This document shows positions 9,951 to 20,259 of a stretch of 64,000 bases of DNA, piece after piece; the stretch's first letter is position 1; the number at the start of each line of letters is the position of its first letter. The stretch covers positions 1,202 through 65,201 of the forward strand of contig JACOWN010000005.1 of NCBI GenBank assembly GCA_016176785.1. The letters are read 5' to 3'. The position numbers and the translations under genes are program-made. The notes beneath the pieces were generated by a model that was given only the letters and a program-made list of their open reading frames with translations, made no database searches and was not told the origin of the DNA. This DNA comes from Parcubacteria group bacterium (GTDB lineage: Bacteria; Patescibacteriota; Minisyncoccia; Phycocordibacterales; UBA2135).

Positions 9951-10982
9951 TCAGTCGCCGACGAGAAGCCAGGTATCGTTGCCGCGTGGGCCGAGGAAGC
10001 ACGCGCGGCCGCGGATCTCCTTCCCTTCCTCGGTGAAAGAGACGCTTCGGCGGAACGTCGTTCCCCATCCGGGGAAAGACGGGCACGCCGTCGCAGGGAA
10101 GACGGTGACCCGCTCCCCGCACTGCTGTGCGCGGAGCGTCCCCGGCCTCCCTTCCACATCCGCCGTCCGCGCGACGACGCGGCAGGAGCCGCTCGCGCCG
10201 ACATCTTTCCAGCCGGCGGCGGGGCTGGCCAACGGAGATGGTTGCTCCTTTTTCTCCGTCTTCCCCGCGTGAGGCGGAGGAGCCGGCTTCGGCCGCGGAT
10301 GCGGCACGACCTTCCCCTGCTGCTCCGCGTGAGGCGGCGGAGATGGCGTCAGGGACGGCGCTTCCTGACGCGTGAGCGGGACGGTGACGCCCTGCGCGAG
10401 CGTTTTGTCCTTATCGTAGCTCCCGAGGAGCCACGACAGGAAAAACGACAGGGCGACAAGGCCGATGATGAAAGCGGCAGAAAACACCACCTCCAGCATC
10501 CGGCGGCGCGAACGAGCCGCGCCGCCACTGCCGGTTCCGACCGGAGCGGGACCTTGCGGAGGCGGATTATTTCCTCCGCCCCCAGACGGTCGGAGGAACG
10601 AGGGTACCTTCGCCGGCTTCGGCGCTTCCGTGCCGCTTGCCGCCGGAGACGAAGCGGTGGGAGAAACGGCCGGTTTCTCTACCGGCGTCTCTTCCGCACC
10701 AACCCCGACGATTGACTTCGGGGCCGCCGTCGCCTCTTCCTTCTTCTCATCCTCCTCCTGCGCTTCCTCCTTCTGCACCGCACCGTCTTTGCCGACGGTG
10801 AAGCGGCGAGGTTTCGGAACGGTGACGCTCTCGCTCGCGGCATTCTTTGCCGCGGGCTCGCCCCGCAACTTCTGGAAGTCAGCCGCACTCACAAACTGAC
10901 CCCCTTTCTTCTGGCCGGCGGCCCACACGAGCGCGCCGACCTTGTTCCGCCTCACCTGAGGCGGAAGAACTTCGTCACACAT
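9951..10982 (-). CDS. Pro/Ala-rich single-pass membrane hypothetical protein
   Basis: Long ORF with a central TM; GGAGA SD before ATG 10982; downstream of the lipoprotein gene. Confidence 0.6.
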   Translation of the reverse strand: MCDEVLPPQVRRNKVGALVWAAGQKKGGQFVSAADFQKLRGEPAAKNAASESVTVPKPRRFTVGKDGAVQKEEAQEEDEKKEEATAAPKSIVGVGAEETPVEKPAVSPTASSPAASGTEAPKPAKVPSFLRPSGGGGNNPPPQGPAPVGTGSGGAARSRRRMLEVVFSAAFIIGLVALSFFLSWLLGSYDKDKTLAQGVTVPLTRQEAPSLTPSPPPHAEQQGKVVPHPRPKPAPPPHAGKTEKKEQPSPLASPAAGWKDVGASGSCRVVARTADVEGRPGTLRAQQCGERVTVFPATACPSFPGWGTTFRRSVSFTEEGKEIRGRACFLGPRGNDTWLLVGD

Positions 10983-10996
10983 CGCGTCTCCTCCGT

Positions 10997-11557
10997 TCAG
11001 TTTGCGGCCGTGTCGGCGACCTGCCATGACCCGTCCGGGGCCTGGCACGCCATCGCTTCAATCGTCACCCGTTCGGATGACGTCGCGCCGGTCCGTCCCA
11101 CAAAAAATCCTTTCGAGTGGACGCGCTTACACGCGCGCCCGTCGGAGGAGACGCCGGCCTGAACGGCCTGCGCCGCGCCGCGGGAGCCGGTCTCGGTATT
11201 GCTCCACGCGATCGGAGACCCGACCGGCGCGGCGAACGCTCGCTCGGTCGCCGCCGCCATCGCGGCGCGATCGGCGCGGTCAAGCGACGAGCCGACCTCG
11301 CCGCCGAGGAACGCTCCGATGAGCGTCCCCGCGGCGACGGCGACGAGCTTCCCTTTGCCGCCGCCAATGGCGGAGGCGCCCCACGCGCCGAGCGCGGCGC
11401 CGCCCACGGTGCCGATGCCCTGCTTGGGGCCGCCGAACCCGAACCAGCCCCGCTGGTCCGAGCCCGACACCGGCGTACTGTTCCCCCCGCCGATCGTGAT
11501 GCCACAACCGGCAAGAAGAAGCGCCGCGATGAACACGGCAAAAACCTTCTTCTTCAT
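10997..11557 (-). CDS. Glycine-zipper lipoprotein, 17-kDa surface antigen-like (RT0821/Lpp0805 type)
   Basis: LLAGC lipobox, glycine zipper, LDRADR, W.N..TG..G, CK, AC...DGSW. Confidence 0.82.
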   Translation of the reverse strand: MKKKVFAVFIAALLLAGCGITIGGGNSTPVSGSDQRGWFGFGGPKQGIGTVGGAALGAWGASAIGGGKGKLVAVAAGTLIGAFLGGEVGSSLDRADRAAMAAATERAFAAPVGSPIAWSNTETGSRGAAQAVQAGVSSDGRACKRVHSKGFFVGRTGATSSERVTIEAMACQAPDGSWQVADTAAN

Positions 11558-11923
11558 CTTTTCTTTCCTTTCTGCTTCGCCCCCCGCGGGGGCGGTTTCA
11601 ACGAGTTAAAAACTCCGTTGCCTTTATATCATAAAACATTAGAAAAGTCAACACACCGCGTTCGTCCGCCGTCTTTCAAGAGCGCACCGGAGTTGCGCCT
11701 CGTACCTGCCGCGCGCGACAAGAGAGCCACTCGCATAATTGAGTGACGAAACGCACAAATCGGGAACGGTCGTTCACCGTTCCGCCGCGCTCGCGCATGC
11801 CGATGCTTCGCCTTTCACGACACAAACGGAAGACACCATTCTTTCCGCGAAGCGCAAGATTGTTTCAAAAACATAAAATGTTATATTCATATCATACGCG
11901 CGCTCATAGACAGAAATCATCCC

Positions 11924-13606
11924 ATGCCCTCCTTTGACGAAACAAAACAGGAAGAAAAACTTGCCGAACTTCGCGGCGAGGAAGCGGAGAGTTTGGCAAA
12001 AATACTTTCCGAAAAATACAATGTCCCCTACATTGACCTCGCAACCGTCTCAATAGAAAGCGACGCGCTCCGCAATGTTGACGAAGAAACGGCTCGGCGC
12101 GCGCTCATTGCGCCGTTCCAGATCACCGGCAAAGAACTCCATGTCGCGACGGCAACGCCCGAAAAAGACGAAACGACGCGGGCGCTTGAAGAGCTCAGGC
12201 GCGGAGGGTTTACGCTCCATTTATACCTTGCGTCCAAGCGCGGCCTTGAACGCGTCTGGGAACGCTACCAAGAAGTGGCGCGCGCAACGGCGACGGAGGC
12301 GGGCGTTCTGGACGTTTCAAGCGAGCAGGTTGACGCGTTCACCAAACGGATCAAGGCGCTTTCCGACGTCGTCGCCGCGATAGAAGAAGTGCTGGCGGGC
12401 GGGGAAAAATACGAAACGACGCGCGTGCTTGAAATGCTCGTCGCGGGTGCGCTTGCGACCGAAGCGTCCGATATCCACGTTGAACCGGAAGAAAAAAACG
12501 TTACCGTGCGCTACCGTCTTGACGGCGTCCTCCAGGAATTGACGGCGCTCAACGAGAAAGTGTACACGCTTCTCCTGTCGCGCATCAAGCTGATATCGGG
12601 GCTTAAGTTAAACGTCAAAAACGACGCGCAGAACGGCCGCTTCACCATTAAGATTAAGGATGCCGACGTTGAGGTCCGCACGTCAACGGTTCCCGGCGCG
12701 TACGGCGAGTCCGTCGTGCTCCGCATCCTGAACCCAAAAACGATCGCGGTGCCGTTTGAGGAGCTTGGCATGGAACAGGAGCTCCGGACGATCGTTGAAA
12801 CGGAAATGAGGAAACCGAACGGCATGATATTAAACACCGGCCCGACCGGTTCGGGAAAAACGACGACGCTCTACGCCATTCTCCGAAAGATCAACGCGCC
12901 CGGCATAAAAATCATCACCATTGAGGACCCGATCGAATATCATCTGCCCGGCATTACGCAAACGCAAGTGGATCCCGACGCCGGCTACACCTTTATCCAA
13001 GGAATGCGCTCAGGGCTTCGGCAAGACCCCGATGTCATCATGGTCGGCGAGATCCGCGACAACGACACCGCCGATACGGCTATCCACGCCGCGCTGACCG
13101 GCCACCTTGTCCTCTCAACGCTTCACACCAACAACGCCGCCGGCACCATTCCCCGCCTCATTGACCTCGGCGTAAACCCGTCGCTCATCGGCTCGGCGCT
13201 TTCCGTCGCGCTCGCGCAGCGGCTTTTGCGGCGCTTGTGCGCCGCGTGCAAAAAAGAGGATGCGCCCACGGCGGAAGAGCGCGCGCTCATTGCGGCTGCC
13301 CTGCCGCTGCTTGTCCAAAGGGACCCGTCCCTTGACGGGACGCGTGTGTGGAGAGCGGGCAGCTGCGCCGAATGCAACAACACGGGCTACAAAGGACGCA
13401 TCGGCATCTTTGAAGCGATACGCATGGATGCGAAGATAGAAGAGCTCGCGCGGACGAACCCGAGCGAACGGGAAATTAAAAAAGCGGCCCGTTCGCAAGG
13501 CCTGCTCTTTATGCGCGAGGACGGCATCCTCAAGGTATTGCGCGGAGTGACGTCGTTTGATGAACTGCGGCGCGTGATCGACCTCTCGGCGGAGGATGCG
13601 GCATAA
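11924..13606 (+). CDS. pilB: GspE/PilB type IV pilus assembly ATPase
   Basis: ASDIHVEP, GPTGSGKTTT, IEDPIEY, LRQDPD, TLHTN, two CxxC. Confidence 0.9.
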   Translation: MPSFDETKQEEKLAELRGEEAESLAKILSEKYNVPYIDLATVSIESDALRNVDEETARRALIAPFQITGKELHVATATPEKDETTRALEELRRGGFTLHLYLASKRGLERVWERYQEVARATATEAGVLDVSSEQVDAFTKRIKALSDVVAAIEEVLAGGEKYETTRVLEMLVAGALATEASDIHVEPEEKNVTVRYRLDGVLQELTALNEKVYTLLLSRIKLISGLKLNVKNDAQNGRFTIKIKDADVEVRTSTVPGAYGESVVLRILNPKTIAVPFEELGMEQELRTIVETEMRKPNGMILNTGPTGSGKTTTLYAILRKINAPGIKIITIEDPIEYHLPGITQTQVDPDAGYTFIQGMRSGLRQDPDVIMVGEIRDNDTADTAIHAALTGHLVLSTLHTNNAAGTIPRLIDLGVNPSLIGSALSVALAQRLLRRLCAACKKEDAPTAEERALIAAALPLLVQRDPSLDGTRVWRAGSCAECNNTGYKGRIGIFEAIRMDAKIEELARTNPSEREIKKAARSQGLLFMREDGILKVLRGVTSFDELRRVIDLSAEDAA

Positions 13607-13632
13607 GCGAGGGTACGCACCTTTAGAAAAAA

Positions 13633-13805
13633 TTTACGCCCCAAATCTCCAGGCAATCCTTTTAAATCCGCAAGCGGACTTAAAGGTAGGTAGACCTCGA
13701 AGGAACACCCCAGTTGATCCCGCGTGTGCAGAATAACCAGGGTACCCTTGAGAAATGCCCGTGAATCAAAAGGTGACTCGATTGCCTGGAGATTTGGGGC
13801 GTAAA
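13633..13805 (-). ncRNA. 6S RNA-like long hairpin RNA
   Basis: Perfect 26-bp closing stem, central bubble, apical stem whose G-U pairs form only on the minus strand; about 173 nt. Confidence 0.65.
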
Positions 13806-13904
13806 CTGCTCGTTCGCGGGCTTTTCACCCGCGACATCCTTCCCATGATACTCCATCCCACCCGGTAAATCTATCACGCCATAAAGTATCATATAATTGT
13901 GAAT

Positions 13905-14918
13905 ATGTCAACAATCCGTCCTGAACAGCCCGCACATGACGCTTTTCTTGATACGGTCCTCCGGCCTGTCGCGTGGGACGAATACATAGGCCAGGGGCGG
14001 ATCAAGCAAAATCTCCGCATTCTCCTTTCTGCGGCTCGCGAACGGGGGCAGCCGCCGGAACACATCCTTTTTTACGGCCCGCCAGGCCTCGGAAAAACGA
14101 CGCTCGCGCATCTCGTGGCGCACGAACTCGGCGCAAGCGTCAAGGCGACCTCGGGCCCCGCAATTGAAAAAACCGGCGACCTCGCGTCTCTCCTCACCAA
14201 CCTCTCGCCCGGCGACGTGCTTTTCATAGACGAGATACACCGGCTTCCCAAGGCGGTTGAGGAAGTGCTCTACCCCGCCATGGAGTCGGGAACGCTTGAC
14301 ATCATTCTCGGCAAAGGCCCGTCGGCGCGCATCATTCAGCTTGACCTCCCGCCGTTCACGCTCGTTGCGGCAACGACGCGCATCGCGCTTCTCTCCGCGC
14401 CGCTTCGTTCGCGGTTCAGCGGCGGCACGTTCCGCTTGTCGTTTTACTCGCTTGACGAAACGAAGGAAATCCTGCTGCGGTCCGCCCGCATTCTTAAAAC
14501 GGAGCTTGATGCCGAGGCCTGTCATGAGATCGCGCGGCGGAGCCGCCTCACCCCCCGCACCGCAAACTATCTTTTGAAACGCTGCCGCGATTTTGCGCAG
14601 GTGCATAAACAGCCGCTTTCCGCGAATGTCGCGCGCGACGCGCTTGCGCTGCTTGAAATAGACGAACGCGGCCTCGGCGTGCTTGACAGAGCGTTGCTTG
14701 AAACGATCATTGTGAAATTCGGCGGCGGGCCTGTCGGCTTGGGCACGATCGCCGCGGCGCTCTCGGAGGAGCACGCGACCATTGAGGAGGTCAACGAACC
14801 GTATCTCATGCAGATCGGATTTCTTGAGCGCACGCCGCGCGGCCGCGTCGCGACGGAAGCGGCGTACCGCCATCTTAATGCGAAGCTCCCCGCCTCGGCG
14901 CAGGAAAAATTGCTTTGA
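13905..14918 (+). CDS. ruvB: Holliday junction helicase RuvB
   Basis: [29 protein letters not shown]. Confidence 0.97.
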   Translation: MSTIRPEQPAHDAFLDTVLRPVAWDEYIGQGRIKQNLRILLSAARERGQPPEHILFYGPPGLGKTTLAHLVAHELGASVKATSGPAIEKTGDLASLLTNLSPGDVLFIDEIHRLPKAVEEVLYPAMESGTLDIILGKGPSARIIQLDLPPFTLVAATTRIALLSAPLRSRFSGGTFRLSFYSLDETKEILLRSARILKTELDAEACHEIARRSRLTPRTANYLLKRCRDFAQVHKQPLSANVARDALALLEIDERGLGVLDRALLETIIVKFGGGPVGLGTIAAALSEEHATIEEVNEPYLMQIGFLERTPRGRVATEAAYRHLNAKLPASAQEKLL

Positions 14919-14949
14919 TGAAAACTGCGCACATAACCGCGAAGGAAGT

Positions 14950-15480
14950 ATGTCGGGACACAACAAATGGTCAAAGGTAAAACATAAAAAAGCCGCCGAG
15001 GACGCGAAAAAAAGCCGTGAGTTCGGCAAGCTTGCGCATGTGATCACCCTTGAAGCGAAACGTTCCGGCGGCGACATGGACGCGCCGCCGCTTCGCGCGG
15101 TCATTGAACGGGCGCGCGCGTTCAACATGCCGCAGAGCAACATTGAGCGCGCGGTCGCGCGCGCCGCGGAAAAAGACGCGGCGTTGCTTGAAACGGTTAC
15201 GTACGAAGCGTACGGCCCCGGCGGCTCGGCGCTCATCATTGAAGGGCTCTCCGACAACAAAAACAGAACCGCCGCCACGGTGAAGCATCTCCTCACAATG
15301 CACGATGCAACGCTTGCGGAACGCGGCGCGGCGTCGTGGGCATTTAAAAAGGAAGACGGCGCATGGGTACCGACGACGACCGTTCCTCTTGCCGGCGACG
15401 ATAAAGAAAAAATGGGGACGCTTATTGAAGCGCTTGAAGATAATGACGATATCCAATCCGTTTACACCAACGCCGTCTGA
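14950..15480 (+). CDS. YebC/PmpR family protein (short form)
   Basis: MSGHNKWSKVKHKK, YEAYGPGG, DNKNRT, DDIQSVYTN. Confidence 0.93.
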   Translation: MSGHNKWSKVKHKKAAEDAKKSREFGKLAHVITLEAKRSGGDMDAPPLRAVIERARAFNMPQSNIERAVARAAEKDAALLETVTYEAYGPGGSALIIEGLSDNKNRTAATVKHLLTMHDATLAERGAASWAFKKEDGAWVPTTTVPLAGDDKEKMGTLIEALEDNDDIQSVYTNAV

Positions 15481-15524
15481 ACGGCAAACCGCAAACGGCT
15501 GCGCTGGGAATTAAAATTTTAATC

Positions 15525-16010
15525 ATGAGAATAATCGCCGTAGACCCCGGATTTGACCGCCTTGGCGTCGCAGTGCTTGAATCAAAAGGCAACACGGTGA
15601 CGCTCTGCCATTCTGGATGCATCACCACGCGGCAAGAAGACGAACTTGCGACGCGTCTCCGCGTCATCGGAGACGAAGTTCGCCGTCTCATTAAAACGCA
15701 TAAGCCGGAAGCGCTTGCGATCGAGGCGCTTTTTTTCAACACAAATCAAAAAACCGCGCTTTCGGTCGCCGCCGCGCGCGGCGTCGTGCTGTACGGCGCC
15801 GCCGAGAACGGCCTTCCGGTTTTTGAATATACTCCCGGCGCCGTCAAAGTCGCCGTTACGGGCTATGGACATGCGCCGAAAAATCAGGTGGCGGCAATGG
15901 TGAAACGCCTCGTTGCGATCGACGCGCCCGAACAAAAACTTGACGATGAGTTCGACGCCATCGCCGTCGGGCTTACCCATCTGGCGCATCAAAAAGGGCT
16001 TGCGTCGTAA
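15525..16010 (+). CDS. ruvC: Holliday junction resolvase RuvC
   Basis: IAVDPG, AIE.LFF, VK.AVTGYG.A.K, DD..DAIA. Confidence 0.96.
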   Translation: MRIIAVDPGFDRLGVAVLESKGNTVTLCHSGCITTRQEDELATRLRVIGDEVRRLIKTHKPEALAIEALFFNTNQKTALSVAAARGVVLYGAAENGLPVFEYTPGAVKVAVTGYGHAPKNQVAAMVKRLVAIDAPEQKLDDEFDAIAVGLTHLAHQKGLAS

Positions 16011-16190
16011 AGCCCGTTCCGTTTTCCACAACATCTTCGCGCGCCCTCTTGCGCAAAAAAAATAATCTGATACAAATAGTTGGTGCGTTTGAACCGCCTC
16101 GCTTTGCGTTACCCGAACGGCGGGAACGACGCGATCGTTTTAGGTCGTCACATTACCACCTTAGGGTTTTCATGCGTACGCAAACCCTCT

Positions 16191-16325
16191 ATGTCACACG
16201 AGTTGTATAACTCCGACGAACACGAGCGGGATATCGTGAATGGAGACGATGAATTCCGCGTTGCCGACGATGAGGAAGAAGACGAGGAAGTGGACACGGG
16301 CGATGATGATGAGGAGAGCGAATGA
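16191..16325 (+). CDS. Small, very acidic 44-aa protein
   Basis: 23 of 44 residues are D/E; promoter-like sequence upstream and strong terminator downstream. Confidence 0.6.
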   Translation: MSHELYNSDEHERDIVNGDDEFRVADDEEEDEEVDTGDDDEESE

Positions 16326-16337
16326 CGACTGTCCCCA

Positions 16338-16377
16338 AAACACACCCCGCGGATTGCCCGCGGGGTGTGTTTGTTTG
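16338..16377. terminator. Bidirectional terminator
   Basis: AAACACACCCCGCGG-attgc-CCGCGGGGTGTGTTT. Confidence 0.8.
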
Positions 16378-16409
16378 CGGGGGATCGGCCGCCCCTCGGC
16401 GGAAATATT

Positions 16410-17633
16410 TCAGAGCACCGTAAAAGTGACGAGTGCGCGCTTCCCTATTTTGAGCGTAATGGATTCCGTAACGGGGTGCTTGGCATCGGTTATCTTTTCT
16501 CCCGTTCTAATGTTCCGCACCGCGCCGTCTTTAAGGAGGCGCCTCAGCGCCGATTTGGACGCGGCGAGTTTGTGTTCCATAATGGCATCTTCCAAAGACA
16601 TTCCGCGCGGGATCGCAACCGTCGGAATTGATTCCGGCGTCTCCTTGCGTTGAAAGGCGGCGGAAAAATGTTCGCGCGCCGATTTGGCGCTCGCTTCATT
16701 GTGGTATGTTTTCACGATTTCAAAAGCAAGCTCAAGTTTGGCGTCGCGGGGATTTGCGCCGGCGCGCATGTCGGCGCGTAGCGCTTCTATGTCGGCGAGC
16801 GGCCGTTCGGTTGAGTGCGTGAAAACATCAAGGATCACCTCATCGGGCAACGCCATCGTCTTTCCGAACATGTCGTTCGGCGAGTCGTCGAGCGCGATGA
16901 ACGGCCCCTCGCTTTTACTCATAAGTTTTTTGCCCGTGCGCGGGTCTTCCAGAAGTTTTGTCGTGATAACGAACTTTTCCTTTTCATGATAAATGCGCTG
17001 GAGGTCGCGGCCGACGATCATGTTAAACATTTGGTCGGTGCCGCCGACTTCGGCGTCAACGTCAAGCGCGACGCTGTCGTACCCTTGCATGAGCGGATAA
17101 AAGAACTCATGGACGTATATCGGTTTTTTGTCGCGGAGGCGGCGTTCAAACATGTCGCGTTCAAGCATTTGCTGAACGGTAAAATGGGACGCAAGGTCAA
17201 TGAGGTCGGCGAGCGTAAGCTCCGCAAGCCATGAGCTGTTGTGCGCGATGCGCGCCGGATTTTTTGCATCGGTAAAACTGAGCACTTTGCTTATTTGCGC
17301 TTCCCACGTTTCAATATTCTTCAGAATTTCTTCGGGAGAAAGCCGCCGCCGCGCCGCTTCCTTGTCGGTCGGGTCTCCTATCCGCGCCGTAAAATCGCCG
17401 AAGAGAATAACGATCTCATGACCGAGCCGCCGCAATTTTTCCAACAGGATAAAATTCGTCGCATGCCCGAGATGCAGTTTACTCCCGGTCGGGTCTGCGC
17501 CGATATAAACGCGCAGCCGCTTCCCCGACATAAGGAGCGCCTTAAAAGCATCCTGTGAAGGAAGGATGCCCGCCACGCTCCGCGTCACGGTTTCGTCAAT
17601 GAGTCGCTCGTCTGCGGTTGCGTTCATGCACAT
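16410..17633 (-). CDS. tyrS: Tyrosyl-tRNA synthetase
   Basis: GADPT..LHLGH, YPLMQGYD, GGTDQ, LMSKS, C-terminal S4 domain. Confidence 0.96.
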   Translation of the reverse strand: MCMNATADERLIDETVTRSVAGILPSQDAFKALLMSGKRLRVYIGADPTGSKLHLGHATNFILLEKLRRLGHEIVILFGDFTARIGDPTDKEAARRRLSPEEILKNIETWEAQISKVLSFTDAKNPARIAHNSSWLAELTLADLIDLASHFTVQQMLERDMFERRLRDKKPIYVHEFFYPLMQGYDSVALDVDAEVGGTDQMFNMIVGRDLQRIYHEKEKFVITTKLLEDPRTGKKLMSKSEGPFIALDDSPNDMFGKTMALPDEVILDVFTHSTERPLADIEALRADMRAGANPRDAKLELAFEIVKTYHNEASAKSAREHFSAAFQRKETPESIPTVAIPRGMSLEDAIMEHKLAASKSALRRLLKDGAVRNIRTGEKITDAKHPVTESITLKIGKRALVTFTVL

Positions 17634-17735
17634 ACTTTATCATATATTGCCCTCGGTAAGAACCGCGGGAACGCCGATGTGTTTACTTAGATTAGTTTCT
17701 GTGGTACTATCGTACCTACGAACCAAAGGGTTGTT

Positions 17736-20243
17736 ATGGCAAACCGGCACAACCGCACGAGAAATCTAACCCTCTTTTCGGCAGCCGTCGGTCTTTTTTT
17801 CACCGGCGCCCTTTTTTTGTGGGCGGCCACACTCTCTCTTCCCGACCTGGCGACCGTTCAGGAACGCAAGTTAAGCGAATCAACGAAAATCTACGACCGA
17901 ACCGGCGAAGTGCTCCTGTACGACGTTTACCGCGACAAACAGCGAACGCTCGTGCCGCTTGACCAGATCTCACGCCATTTGAAAAACGCGACGGTCGCCA
18001 TTGAAGACGCCGAGTTTTATCATCACCGCGGCATTAAGCCGACCGCTATCCTCCGCGCCTTGTTCGTGAACATCGGTTCGTTCGGTTTTGAGCAAGGCGG
18101 GTCAACCATTACGCAGCAGGTCGTCAAAAACTCAATTCTGACAAATGAAAAAACCATCGCGCGGAAACTGAAAGAGTGGATCTTGGCGCTCAAACTTGAG
18201 CGTGCGGCGAGCAAGGACAAAATCCTTGAATTATACCTGAACGAGGTTCCGTACGGCGGCAGCATCTACGGAGCCGAGGAGGCAAGCCGCACGTTTTTTG
18301 ACAAGGGAGCGGCCGATATTTCGCTCGCCGAAGCCGCATACCTCGCGGCGTTGCCGCAAGCGCCCACATTTTACTCCCCGTTCGGGAACAATACGGAAAA
18401 ACTTGAGGAACGAAAAAATCTTGTGCTTGAAAAAATGCGCGAGTACGACTTCATCACCGACGAAGAACTTGCTTCCGCGCGAACGGAAAACGTTTCGTTC
18501 CAGCCCCAGTCGACGCTCGGCATCAGGGCGCCCCACTTCGTTTTTTACGTTCTCGGGCAACTTGAGAAAAAATACGGCCGCGACGCCGTTGAAACCGGCG
18601 GGTTGCGCGTGGTGACGACGCTTGATTACGCGCTCCAAGAAAAAGCGGAGGACATCGTACGGCGATATGCGGAAGAAAATACCAAGAACTTTGACGCGTC
18701 AAACGCCGGGCTTATTGCGATTGAGCCGGCAACGGGGCAGATCCTCGTGATGGTCGGGTCAAAGTACTATTTTGCGGAGGATATTGACGGCAATTTTAAC
18801 GTTACCATCCAGCCGAACAGGCAGCCGGGTTCCGCGTTCAAGCCGTTCGTTTATGCGACGGCGTTCATGAAGGGGTACACCCCCGAGACGGTGGTCTTTG
18901 ACCTTAAAACGCAATTTAATACGCGGTGCGACGCGGACGGCAAGCCGCTTTTCCCTTCGGTCAAAGAAGACGAATGCTATATGCCGGGCAACTATGACGA
19001 GGTTTTTCGCGGGCCCATAACATTCCGCGAGGCGCTCGCGCAATCCATTAACGTCCCCGCCGTCAAAGTTTTGTACCTCGCGGGACTCCGGGATTCGCTT
19101 ACGACGGCGCGGCGCATGGGCATCACCAGTTTGAACGACCCCGACCGATACGGGCTGACGCTCGTCCTCGGCGGCGGCGAAGTGTCCGTTCTGGAACTGA
19201 CGTCGGCATATTCGGTATTCGCCAACGAGGGAGAACGCAACGCTCCTCAAACGATACTCCGCGTTGAACAAACAAACGGCACGTTGCTTGAACGTTTTAT
19301 CCCAGCCCCGCAGCGGGCAATTCCGAAAGAAATCGCACAGACCGTTACGGATATTTTGGCGGACAATAACGCTCGAACGCCCTCGTTTGGCGCATATTCG
19401 CCGCTCTATTTTCCGGGGAAAGACGTCGCGGCAAAAACGGGTACCACGAACGATTATCGCGACGCGTGGATCATCGGCTATACGCCGAATATCGCCGTCG
19501 GCGCTTGGGCCGGAAATAACGACAATTCTCCAATGGCGAAAAAAATCGCCGGCTTTATCGTCGCGCCGCTGTGGCACTCATTCATGGAAGAGGCGCTGGC
19601 AAGGACCCCGGACGCGCATTTTGTCCCGCCGGACCAGCCGCCGGACGAAAATATCAAGCCGGTTCTCCGCGGCGTCTGGCAAGGCAACACGTCGTACAGC
19701 ATTGATTCGGTGAGCGGAAACCTGGCGACCGTGTATACCCCCGACGAGACCAAAACGGAAAAATTCGTCGTTGACGTCCACACCATCTTGCGCTGGGTAG
19801 ACCGCGCAAATCCCCGCGGCGCCGTGCCCGACCATCCGGAAAACGACCCGCAGTTCGCGCTGTGGGAAAAGCCCGTTCGCGAGTGGGTTGCTTCAAAAAA
19901 TATCCGCGAGGGAGCACCCCAAAACGTGCCGACGGCGTACGACACCGTCCATTCCCCCGACTTCGCCCCAAAAATTAAGATCGTCGGAGTTGACGCGAGC
20001 CGCCTCTATGAACCGAACGAGCGCGTCGTCTTCCGCGTGGAGAGTGCGGGAAAGTTCCCGCTCGCCCGTGCCGACGTTTTTGTCAACAATGCGTATGTCG
20101 GCTCAATAAATAAAAGCCCGTTCGTTTTTTCGTTCGCGATTCCCGACAGAGCCGCCAAAAATAACCCGAATACGCTTCGGGTCGTCGGCTACGACACCGT
20201 TAAAAACAAAGGGGAGGCATCCGTTTCGTTCCTCGCCAACTAG
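17736..20243 (+). CDS. Class A penicillin-binding protein (PBP1A family)
   Basis: AIED..FY.H.G, GGSTITQQ, RKLKE, PGSAFKP, SIN, KTGT. Confidence 0.95.
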   Translation: MANRHNRTRNLTLFSAAVGLFFTGALFLWAATLSLPDLATVQERKLSESTKIYDRTGEVLLYDVYRDKQRTLVPLDQISRHLKNATVAIEDAEFYHHRGIKPTAILRALFVNIGSFGFEQGGSTITQQVVKNSILTNEKTIARKLKEWILALKLERAASKDKILELYLNEVPYGGSIYGAEEASRTFFDKGAADISLAEAAYLAALPQAPTFYSPFGNNTEKLEERKNLVLEKMREYDFITDEELASARTENVSFQPQSTLGIRAPHFVFYVLGQLEKKYGRDAVETGGLRVVTTLDYALQEKAEDIVRRYAEENTKNFDASNAGLIAIEPATGQILVMVGSKYYFAEDIDGNFNVTIQPNRQPGSAFKPFVYATAFMKGYTPETVVFDLKTQFNTRCDADGKPLFPSVKEDECYMPGNYDEVFRGPITFREALAQSINVPAVKVLYLAGLRDSLTTARRMGITSLNDPDRYGLTLVLGGGEVSVLELTSAYSVFANEGERNAPQTILRVEQTNGTLLERFIPAPQRAIPKEIAQTVTDILADNNARTPSFGAYSPLYFPGKDVAAKTGTTNDYRDAWIIGYTPNIAVGAWAGNNDNSPMAKKIAGFIVAPLWHSFMEEALARTPDAHFVPPDQPPDENIKPVLRGVWQGNTSYSIDSVSGNLATVYTPDETKTEKFVVDVHTILRWVDRANPRGAVPDHPENDPQFALWEKPVREWVASKNIREGAPQNVPTAYDTVHSPDFAPKIKIVGVDASRLYEPNERVVFRVESAGKFPLARADVFVNNAYVGSINKSPFVFSFAIPDRAAKNNPNTLRVVGYDTVKNKGEASVSFLAN

Positions 20244-20259
20244 CGTTGCCGACCGGCGA

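Noticed and set aside
13908-15296. Long antisense ORFs (also 28372-29733, 50141-51208, 8523-9425)
   Set aside because: Shadow ORFs opposite well-supported genes in GC-rich DNA.
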